This document shows positions 11,022-22,500 of a stretch of DNA of 64,000 nt, piece after piece. Position numbers and translations under genes: made by a program. Each line of letters opens with the position of its first letter. Within the stretch, counting starts at the first letter, position 1. The stretch comes from Podarcis erhardii. Taxonomy: Eukaryota. Below the pieces are notes generated by a model. It was not told where the DNA came from. It ran no database searches and saw only the letters and a program-made list of their open reading frames with translations. The stretch is taken from NCBI GenBank assembly GCA_964252035.1, contig OZ176200.1; one strand, given 5' to 3'.

Positions 11022-12941
11022 CCTAATGTTTGTTTTTAAAAAGAGTAACAAACTGAAGACAAATACATGACTAATTTGACATTAGTTTCAGAGTTGGATC
11101 TGCAGAGATCAGCCCTATGTATGCAGTTTATAACAGATGGGTGTTGCTACGTTGACACGCTATTCGGCTTGTGCTGCTGCCATTATAGAATTTTGCTTGT
11201 AGAATGGTGCTTAAAAGGGGGGCTTCGTTGACAAAAAAAGGTAGTGAGTAAACATGTTGAGCATGAATTTCCAATAGCCAAAGACTGTAGTATTGGGTAA
11301 GAGTTTACTACTTCCTGAATCAAGGCAAAACAGCATAACAGCAAAGATGCTGCAGAATAAACAGAGGTGGGAATTCAAGCATCTTCGTCATGGTATCGAA
11401 TGAACTGACCATCAGTTCATTTCACTGCAGGTGAAATATTATGCAGCTTCTCTATTCAGGCATTAACACCCTGAAACATGGGTTTCGTTCACATATCCAC
11501 TTTTACATTAACTATAGTGTTGTGAGTGTCTTCTCAATTTAATTAAAATCAGTTCTGGAGCCTAGTTTTAACTAGCATTATCTTTTGAAAACTTTGTACT
11601 TAATAAGCTAGAGTTTTGACTCTTCTGAAAAAGTAGACTTGTGTCTATAGTAATTACTCTGAAGACGGGTGGAGAACCTGTGGCCTTTCCAATGTTGCTC
11701 AGCTCCAACACCTATCAGTCCCAGCCAGCACGCTCAATGCTCAGGAATGATGGGAGTCTCAGGTTTCCTGAAAATACTAGGTGTACCTAATTGCCTGTCT
11801 ACATTTACATTAGAAGTGTAGTCCCATGTCAGATTCCTTTACTATACGCTGAAATTTCACAACTGTGCCAGCAGTGTTATTTAAATATTACCTGACTTTC
11901 ACCCTAAAATTATAGGATGGGTTGTGATTTAAAATACATTTAGAAGTTTTAAAAAACTTATTACAAAAATGCAATCACAAAATTTAGGTGAGAAATTATG
12001 CAACCACATGCTTCTTCTTTGCACACACACCCAGTTGTGTTTAAAACCAGGCTTCCTTCCTTTCTGTGATCTAGGATGCAAATTATCTGTACTGGCAGAA
12101 GTTCATTTGGAAGAAACTGGTGGCGAGATTTCAAGTAAAATCATGATTGCTGGTGATGTCAGTGTGAAAATAATAAAGCTTATAATAATTTAAATTACAT
12201 TGTTTTAATGAAAATCCCAGTTCTCACGCTTTTCCCATACAAGAACTACAAAATAAATGCCTCATTGGGCTGGAGCAGTAAAAGGCAATGGTTCACCAAT
12301 CTGATCTGCAGTCAAAAGTGCAGAATACAGCTGCATAGGCACTAATTTCAATTTCTTCCAGGAACGTCCAAATTAATCACTACTCTCAAATCTCTAATTT
12401 TGAAAATTCACAATATTTGCATAGATATATTATTACAAGCTTGGCTTTGAACAATTCTAACACAACATGCAATTTAATAGTCACATTAGGCAACAGTCAC
12501 AAGAGGGGCAACTTACTATACTTTTAATGTACTACTGTAAGCACCTCTTCCTATCCAAATGAAGTGTGTCATTTTTAAAAATGAAGATTGTACATTAATT
12601 AAAAGAATGCTAAGCTGATTGCAACAGTAAACTTTGTGTGGGTGAAAAGAGATGAAGAACATTACAATGGCAACACCGAAATCACAGAAAAGGCAGGCAA
12701 GGTTTTAAAATGTAATTTCTGTTAAGTGGCAATAGAAACAGGAATGACCCAACACACATTTGAATGTACTGGTGGTATTTAACAAAAAGTAGAATACCAG
12801 AGAAAGATGCAGGGCAAAGCTTTGAAAGTTTTTTTTAACACCAGTGGTATTTTAACATACACTGAAGTTTAGGAATGTAGGCTGCAGTGGAATTTTTTAA
12901 AAATATACATCCAGAGTGTTTGATTCTAAATGTCATTGTTT

Positions 12942-12947
12942 TTTAAT
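12942..12947 (-). terminator. Candidate CAPRIN1 poly(A) signal ATTAAA
   Basis: TTTAAT on the + strand. The minus strand continues ...CTCTGGATGTATATTTTT. Confidence 0.35.
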
Positions 12948-13179
12948 AAAGTCATCAGCTTAAAGGTACTGCAGTTAAAAAACAAGGCGCGAAAACACCA
13001 AGGCAGACAAAACAGTTCCATTCACTTAATGTCTACAGATTTTACACATGAGCACTTTTCCTTAGTCTCATATGCAAATATAACTCCTACATTGCCTTCA
13101 ATATGTATTTGATTTCTGTTAAACTGTTTGCCCCACTTTTAACACCATTCAGATGCAGAAAAAGTAATAGGAGGGACTC

Positions 13180-13480
13180 AAACTGCTTTTCATCTTGACT
13201 TGTGAGAAAGGTCTAGGAGGATGTAGATGAACAGTGAATCAATCATGAAGACTGAACACGGAAATTCTATTTTGATGATAAAGCAGTAACTCTAGAATGG
13301 GCACCACAGACAGACACACCTTTCTTAAAACAATTCACAAAACATCTGTAGATCTCATTACTAGAGACTGTTGTGAAGGGCAGTAGTTTTGCCAGATTAA
13401 AAAGGAATTAGCAAGTGTATTATTGTATCAATATATTAGTTAAGAGCCTGAAGATCATAACTGAACTTTTGGATCCTGAA
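13180..13480 (+). mobile_element. CR1-like 3' fragment, antisense within the extended CAPRIN1 3'UTR
   Basis: Decayed similarity to CR1 3' ends (TTTCTT...CACAA...TTAAAAAGGAATTAGCAAG). Confidence 0.4.
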
Positions 13481-15151
13481 AAATAATGGGAGGAAAACAC
13501 TATGGTTGGCATCTGCCTCTCTCGGGAGAAGCACTATCACATGTCTTTTTGATGGCTGGTCACGGAAGAGGACAGGATTCTAACATACAAAGTGATGATC
13601 TGAATAAGGCAAATAAATACATCTAATACTGCTCCTAAGTTGTTTGAACTGTAGCTTTTCTATCACAAATAGGCCTCTATTAAATAGTACTTCACTTTTT
13701 TCCAAGCTATGAAGGTGGATGACAATTTCCTAATTCAATATAATCATTTAAGATCCAGTGATCATAAAGATTACCACCAGTGAAGTCAAAACATCACCAT
13801 GTTGGTCTCCAACTCAGGGGTTGCATCCAGAAGTGGAACTCTATTAATTGTACACTTCAATGGACAATGGGGAGGTGATGGTTTGATTATTCCTCTTCAT
13901 GCCCAGCAGCCTCCTATGCACCCTGCAAATCTGCTCCAGAGGCTTGGATGACCCTTTGGAACAGAATGGAAGGTAACAATTAAGGAAAGGGGAAATGAAA
14001 ATTCTGTTTCCCTCCCTTTAGCGGAAGCGTCCATTACGGTGATGTCCCATCGGCAAACAAAATAGATACAACCCAATGCCTTCTGGTTATGTTGAGTCAA
14101 TATGGCGAACATAAGGAATCGATAATATTTAGAAGAGTAGAGCTCAACTTTAAGAAGTGTACTTTAGTTTGATTATATTCAAATATAGAAGAGATGAAAC
14201 ACTGAAAAGTTGGCAAAGTAAAACAGTCAACAAATATTCCTCAAATTGGTTTTCCCAATCTTCTCTGAATTATTCCGTAACATTGAATGAGAATCTTAGT
14301 GCTGTGTTTTGTTTTTAAATACAGCAAGGGATTCTGGCCTTTATAGCTACAATATTGGCCCTGAAAGTACAAAAATAGTTGGGTAAAATCTAAGAAGCCA
14401 AAGAGGGAGGTTAGCAGTATTTCCAAAGTATTCAGAATGTATGGCTTGATTGTGTTGCATGGCTCCTTACAGCCAAAGCTTGCAAAAAATTGTGTAAAAT
14501 AACCACAAAGCATGCTATTTGCATAATTCATATTTGCACAGCTTTTCTAGTAAAAATTGGGTGTGTGGTTGTGTGTATAATCACACCACAAATTTCTGCC
14601 TATTTAGTTCCTAAATCTGAACCTTTGGTTTCAGATACTGTACCAACCTGTTAAAAGACTTGCTTAGCTGTATAAAATGGATGGGGGTCACTTTTTAGAA
14701 ATGCAAAAATGCTACTTGTAAGTACTTAGTAATTGCAACCTAGGGCAACCTCAAAGATGAAAGTAGGCAATTCTCATGGTGATAGCTGAAGTCTTTCTCC
14801 TTTCTAGACAAATGGAGGTGGGCACAGATGCTAAGTAATTTAAGAAGAAACCACTACTTGCCAATCAGATTTTAAAAATCTCTTCTCTTTTTCAGTTCAA
14901 TTAACTATATCCATGAAACAAAAACAGTCTTAAAAGGGGATCGGCACCAATACAAAAAGGGCACTGTGCACACAGAATCAGCCTTCTGCAAATATATTCC
15001 CAAATAATTCAGAAACTCTTGTTCAGTGGGTTCCATGGGCTGGACTGCTACATTCAACAGGTGCCATGAATACAATTCTCACTACCAGCTCAAACTTTTA
15101 TGTACAGCTCATGAGATGGCTTGAATGATCAGCTTCAACAGTCTTCAATTT

Positions 15152-15167
15152 GGGGGGGGGGCAGAGA

Positions 15168-15219
<52 letters not shown>

Positions 15220-15239
15220 GAGAGGGAGAGGGAGGGAGA
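15152..15239. repeat. G-run plus (AG)n purine tract; (CT)n in the CAPRIN1 mRNA sense
   Basis: Seen directly: about 88 nt, almost entirely purine on the + strand. Confidence 0.95.
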
Positions 15240-15416
15240 TGACTGCATCTCCTCAGAAGATAAGTTTCAAGACTCCACAGAAGATAATACACCTGAATAT
15301 CTTTGAACGTTAACATTTAAAGTTCTGGGAATGTGCTTCTGAAGTTTCTGTTTCCCTATTACATTTGCAGTAGTCACTTAAGATACGTTAAAGAATACAT
15401 TTTTTTATAAACATGT

Positions 15417-15422
15417 TTTATT
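15417..15422 (-). terminator. Candidate proximal CAPRIN1 poly(A) signal AATAAA
   Basis: TTTATT on the + strand, about 1.1 kb past the stop, followed on the minus strand by U-rich sequence. Confidence 0.5.
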
Positions 15423-16531
15423 TATCTTGCTTAAATCTGTAACTGCTGGCTGTAATTTCCCTTAAAGGGGAAACCGATCCAAACACATACTGGTGCTTTT
15501 CAAAAGAGAGCAATTTAAAAGGGCAGCAGCAGGGATTTGAGATTTCTTAAAACCTTCAGGCTGCAAAATAGAAATAATGTAACCAAAAGTGTTATGAATA
15601 TCCATTAATTCCCATCAGTACCGACATCAGTTATTTGGGGCAATAATACAGCAAGATCAAGTATCAGTGGCAGACAAGGGGGGAAAATAAGGAAAGATAA
15701 GAATACCAATCCTTACAAATGTCATTGCTATCCCAGAAATGTGTTCAGGAGAGAATTCTTTAACACTTCACATTGCAAACAAATGTGGCCATTCAGATTA
15801 CATCTTCTATTTCTTACAGAAAAATTTAAAGTGCCAATCAAAGCCTAATTCTGGGTTTACACAATTATATCAACAGCTACACAAACCAATTAATGCATCC
15901 CTGTCGTCACAGCAAGTCAGGCCTAATAAAAAAAATGCTGTAACTAAGGGTGTGCCCTAAGCTGTCCATCAGCTTATTAGTTGGGGTATAGGCATCATTT
16001 ATTATGCATCACAGATGTTCAGTGCTTCAGTCTAACAGAAAAAGCTGAAATGCAGTTGCTCTGTCAAACCACAATTCGCTTCTTCCATCTTCCTTTCATG
16101 GAAAAGTTTAAATACACCAATTTTCTGAGTAAAACATTTAGGGATTTAGATATTTTTATCCGAATTTGCTGCAGCACTATATAATGTCAATGGAGTCAGT
16201 GGGGTTATTTCTGCCTGTTCAGTTAACTATGGAGATTTTCATAACCCTAAAAACTGCCATTTTTGCTTTTAATCAGAGCAAGGGTAAAAATTCTGGATCT
16301 CATGTGCAAGGCTCAAGATGATGCTTAGGATAGAACATGCAGAGTAAACGTCGTTTCTTTCCATATCCAGGTATAAAGCTGACAACTGTAGTCTTGTCTT
16401 TATGGGCAATGAAAATAATCCCTTTACTATGAACTTCCTATAAAGGAGAACCAAGAGATAACTCTTCTGGAACATGTATGGTACACTGGCCAGTGTGTTT
16501 TTGGCGTTTAAATGTAATCCTGTGAATTAGT

Positions 16532-19500
16532 TTAATTCACTTGCTGAGCATTCATTTGAGGCATCCCTCTGTTGGGTCTTGGGGGCCCTCCACGACCTAG
16601 AAAATAAAAATAGCATTTTATTTTTGGATCAAGTGAGATCCTTTAATAGTCAGAATGGCTGCCTCTCTAAAGTCTGGTCCCCTACTATGTTTGTCTAATA
16701 AATGCCTAGAGACAATAAGAAGAGGAATGATACCTATTCGCTCACCAGGTGAAGACAGGCTCTGAATGTACACAAACTTACTTTCATCAGTCTTAAATCT
16801 AACCTTTGTTCCAAATGCCCACCAATCTACCACCAATAAGCCATAAACTATATTTCAGTGGCACCTGAGCACAACTACAAAGTGCTATTGAAATGTAGTA
16901 ACTGAATAGCAGTATTGTATACAGTTCTAAAACAAAATATAGTATAGACAATTGCTAGTGTGCTGATCAAAGAGACTAAAAGGGCAGTATCTGGTTAGAA
17001 CAACTTCCAGTGGTTCTATTTCATAGTTCGGTACATCAAAGCAATCATAAGAAATTCCTGTAATTCACTTTCGTTCAATGGATTTTCTGGAAGGATTTAA
17101 TGAGATTTAGCTATCTTTTTTGCCTCATCTTACATCCATTTTCAGCTGGTGCACTAAAAAATGATTGGCTTATATCCACTCAAGAGCAGGCATAGTGCCA
17201 ACATGTAGAGTCCCTCACCCACAAGACTAAAGAGCCCTTCCTCCCACCAAGTATGCATACATTGGTGACATAAGGGGGCACTGCAGGGAACTAAATACCT
17301 GTTTATGTGCTTCCTATAGCACCATCCAGCTTCCTTCTGCACATCCTGTGCCCAAACTGGCAAGGGAAATTTGGGGTGGGGTGGGGTAAGAGGCTCTACT
17401 GAGCCCTCTGGAATGAATTCTTGCACAAGGAGTACACCCACACTTGACTGAACTGCAGCCACTGCTTTGCTTATTTTCCAATTGCAAACTATTCTGTACA
17501 TTTAAGTATAAAGCAGCAAACAGAATAAAGTTGTAAATATGTATGCTATTTACATGCGAAACTGAGTAGGTCTTTTTCAACAGATTCCATCTGGATACAA
17601 GAATATAGCATCTTATGTAGCTGAAAACAGAATTTCTGAACAGGCTACAAATAATGCAAGATCTTTATTGAAATCCAAGTAGCAATAGCAAAATACAAAA
17701 GCAGACACTATTGGAGCTTGCCAAACATTTTTCACAGCAGAATTACACACCTCACAATTGGGTAAGCTTACATTTTCAACAGTTGCTTGGGCAAGGAATA
17801 AAAAGCAACCTAGTAGCCTTAAATAAAAGCCGAGAAAGGAAGTTTAACAATATACAGATCAAAAATCAAATTCATGAACAACTTTCAACAAATGTCTACA
17901 ACAGTTAAACACATGGGAACTGAAACAGCTGAAAGTCTGCAACTCCTAAGAACCTCTCTACAGATTCAATCAGAGATTCACCACTTGAATATTACCTCGA
18001 GGGGCTCCCCGAGGACCACTTTGTCCAGAGCCACGCTTGAAATTCTGTTGATATCCATCCTAGAAAAAAAGATGACCAAAGAGAAGTGCAACAAGTTTCA
18101 TTAAAATGGTTTTAAAAGTTTGTCATTTCAGTATTTTATTTCAGGATATACCATATTTTTCGCTCTGTAAGACGCACCCGACCATAAGACGCACCTAGTT
18201 TTAGAGGAGAACAGGAAAGAAAATATTCTCTCCCTCTCTGCGCAGCGCCCCTTCAGCGAAGTGGCAGGAGAAACGGAGCCCCTTCCATTTCTCCTCCCGC
18301 TTCGCTGAAGGGGCACTGCGCAGAGAGGGAAAGCTGCACAGCACCTCTCCAGCCAAGTGAAGCCAGGAGAGCAAGAGGGATCGGTGCGCACCGATCCCTC
18401 TTGCTCTGCTGACTTCAGTGAAAGCTGCGCAGCCTGCATTCACTCCATAAGATGAACACACATTTCCCCTTACTTTTTAGGAGGGGAGTGTGTCGTATAG
18501 AGTGAAGAATACGGTAATTTTTGGAAATCCCTGTCCAGGATTCAAATGGGCATATGTGCTATTTCAGTCACACCCTTAAAAGCCATTTCAGAAGATTGGG
18601 GGACAAGGGGATGCAGCTAAAGAGAAAGCCATTAGCACCCTTCCTTTCTTGTGCACACATAGAAATGCTTTCTGTTCACACATGGGGCAGATGGAATTCT
18701 GGCCCCAGGGAATCAAAACCCAGAAAATGACAAGTTGGAATTTGAACGCAATATTGCAATGTCCCTAAGAACAGAATTCTAGTCAATCTAGAACAAGAGA
18801 CTTGCAATGTTGCTCAGGAGGGGTGTGGTAGGGGGAGAAGACAAGAATTTGGAGTGGTGAAAGAATACCTTTTTTCTCAACTTCCACCCATCCCCGGGTG
18901 ATCCTATGCCGTTCCATATAGCACTAGGCAGCTGCCCACCCCAACCCACAGTATTTTATAACTATTATTTGAGGCAGGAGAAGAGAAGCACAGGCATCTT
19001 TTTTCATTTCCTTCCTCCTGAGAAAGCCACCACTTCGCTTAGGGAGAAGAGTTGGGCTTTTTAACCGCACAGCACTCATTCCCTCCCAACTTGAACCCTC
19101 TGCAGCTCCAGGGCACTTACTATATGCTGCCAGGGGCTTGAGTAGGCCAACTTCCTATCTCTGTCTGCCCTCTCCCTCCCTTCAAATGACACACTTTCTG
19201 TGTCTCAACTCAACCAGAGGTATAACTGGTAAGATTCTCAAAGGCTGTTGGACCTTTGATGGGAACCTTTGGCTCTCCAGATGCTGCTGAACTACAACTT
19301 CCATCAACCTCAGCAAACATGGCTATTGGCTAGGCATGATGAGAATTGTAATCCAAAAACATTTAGAAGACCAAAGCTCCCCCACATCTGCTCTAGACCC
19401 TCCTCTCTCTTAGCCATTAGCAGTTCAAGTTCACAGATTGCTGTCAGATATTTTGGGGTGGCTCAAGTTAACAAACTGCCTTATATTTGGCAGTATAATT

Positions 19501-22500
19501 CTATACTTCTACATACTTGAGTTATGTAGAAACTTCTCCCTTATTCTTTGGTGAGCTCATTTTGCTTCTCAGGAGCAAACTTTGCAGACTAGGAGGCAGA
19601 AAGTATATAGGCAGTGGCCTATTTGTACCCAATGAGAAAACTGTTAACCAAGAATTTCTAAAAGTAGATTTTATCTTTAGGTTAAAAATCAATCCAAATA
19701 TTAATTTCTTATGCAATGAAACTTTTATTAAAATATGCATTTTCTCAAGCATTATAAACTAAGGAACTCCTTCCACTGTCCCATCAACTTACCCGCTGGT
19801 AGGTGGAATAGTCGCGAGGAGCACTGAATTGTGCCTGTGTGTAACCACTATTTGGAGTGTTGGAAAATGAAGGGCGGTAGCCATCATAACCTCCTAAAAA
19901 TCAGAGGGGAAAACTAATTGAAAAGTATTGCATACCTTATAAAGGATATATGTATATATTCAGAATAAAACAATATTCAATTTAAGGAAAAAATATTCTG
20001 TATTAAAGAAAGCAATCCAAAGGTCATCTAAGAGATTGAGAGAGTAAACACACTGGAAGGAAAAATTTCAAGCTGGTAAGCTTTCAGTATAGACATTGTA
20101 GTTGTAGTCCAATATCATCTTGGGACCCAAGGTTAAAAAGCACAGTGACAGGCTTTTACAATGTAATAATGTGCAGCAGAAAAATACAGTATGCATCACA
20201 CCTAACCCTTCCTGATACAAAGTAAGTGGATACACGTTTAAACTGCACCTGGGCTCCTGGGCACTATTCATTGTCTTCAGTTTTGTTCAAGACTTCACAT
20301 TGTGTGTAATATATATTTAGCAATGTCATTATTTAAAGTGATTTAATAAATGCAGGCACCAAAATAAAGAATCCCACCAAATGCCATAGTCTGAATAAAT
20401 GAAAGACTTGCTTTTGTAAGCCAAGGAAGTAACAAGCCCTGAAAAAGATGCAGCCATTTAGCAGGTTACAAAAATGGAAAGTCAGTTTCATACTACATCA
20501 TGTTATGTTTCCAGTCAAACAACTCCATTGTTAGTTCATACTCATAGCTTGCTGTCATGTAATTTTTACTTAGTCCCATATGCACTAATATTATAGCAGA
20601 GCAAAAGCAGCAGCAAGCTGACCACTCTGTAGTATATTAAATAAAATAAAAAAATCAAAGCATGCCACTACAATGCTTAAGCTTCTGGACAGTTTGCATT
20701 TCTGGAAAACATTCAGAATTAGTCTCAAAAGGTTTTTAAGTTTTTACCTCTAAACCCATTGGCTGGTCCCCTGTATCCATTCATTAAGCCTCGAGTGCCG
20801 CGTGATCCACCACGAGACACTCCTCGGCTGTTATAATAAGGCTGACTGTTACGTGGGAACCCAGTATTCTGTTGTGGAGGCTGCTGGTGGTTACCTGCCA
20901 CTTGATGGGACTGGTCCGGGGAACCATGGTAGGTGCCAACCACTAAAATGAAGAGAGAGAGAAGAAAGAAGTGCAAAAAGCTTGAATTTACTTATAATTC
21001 CAGTTTCCTAAAGACTCAAATAATATCAAGCTAACTCACCAATGAACTTTGCTTAAGAGCCACCAAGTACGACAGTAAATGTTTACCTACCTAAAGAAAG
21101 ATTGTTTGCAGAATTAAATTGAACATTGCAGTCTAAATACCCTGATCATTGAGAATGCTCTCTGGATGTCCTTTGGCATAACCACACAGATTTAATTTGA
21201 TAGTGCTTAACATTTGGGAGGTGAATTTTTATTTCATGTAGTGCATAAATGTACCAAACTGCACTTTTCTCCTAAGTCCCTAAAAATACTATAAAACTTC
21301 CTTCCACCTCACCATACATGCTTGAAATGCTACTTCAACAGCATCAATCAAGATATGCTTTGTTTGGTCTACATTATCTTGAAAACTTATCTTTTCAGAA
21401 TGAAGCATTTAAGTTCTATCTTTCACAAGTTTACCTGTCTGAAGCTGCTGTTCTTGCTGAAGTTCCGATTGCTCTACTTGGTGAGGCTGATTGGAGAAAG
21501 GCTGGCTGTAACTGGTCTGGTACTGATTTTGTTGCTTTAAAGTTTCTGGCTCATTGACAGGAGGAACAGGTGCATTCATGTTAAATACCTATATGAGAAG
21601 TAAATGAGAACCAAAGAGATTCAATATTCTGAATAAATTGATAAATTACCACGTACACTTTGCAACTTTTAGAAAGTTAAATGTCTTGGAAACTATTACT
21701 ACTGTCCACGGTACAATTAACCATTATGTAATCAAGATGCTGACTTCCAAATGTTTTGCAGTCTATAATAAATATGATTGTTTAATACTTACTGTCTGCA
21801 TGGACTGGAATGGAGCTGCATTAACATTTATTCCGCTGCTATGCAAAGGTTTGCTAGAGGCAGCCTGAAATACCTGAGGCTGGGATGCAGCTGGAAGAGG
21901 CGATGATGTTGGTGTCTGATCTGCACTTAAGGTTATTGAAGCCTGCCAAATAAATTTCAATCTGATGTTAGCAAGCCATGAATCAACTTCGTGTGATATC
22001 ATATTATAAAAGCATAGGTAACTGATGGCCAAGCGTTCCCAAGACAAGGATAAGCTAAGATCCCTACTTATCTAACACTTATTATCATGCTCTATGTCTT
22101 TGAGATATGGACCTAAGTATTGTCCCTCTGCACTATACCCATATACAGTTACACTGAATCAGTAATGTCCCTCCTCCCCTTGCCAAGCAAAATGAACTTG
22201 CCTGAATCTGGTCAATTGATTCTTTCTGAGGCCGTTGTTCTGTTGAATGAGAAGGCTGATACATGGGCTGGGATGCTGTATATCCCTCACTTGTGGAAGA
22301 AACCAAGGGGACCTGTCAAAGTTTTAAAATTAAGCAGATACTCCTGCCAGGGCCTCTGGGTAAATTTCTTGCTATTAATCTCATATGGTTTTACTGACAT
22401 CTGCACTAACAACATTCTTTTGCTCAGTTTGACAATTACCTTTAGATTACCTTTAGTATTCATTTCTCCCAGTAAACAATTACAAGTTTTGCCAAAAGTT

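Larger units (their letters stand above)
11000..16531 (-). other. CAPRIN1: CAPRIN1 3'UTR, up to about 5.5 kb, with tandem poly(A) sites
   Basis: AT-rich and ORF-poor sequence after the stop codon, with minus-strand poly(A) signals at 15417, 12942 and 11016. The true distal end cannot be fixed from sequence alone. Confidence 0.5.

Noticed and set aside
15098-15316. ORFs with (RE)n or (SL)n runs
   Set aside because: These are translations of the (AG)n microsatellite.
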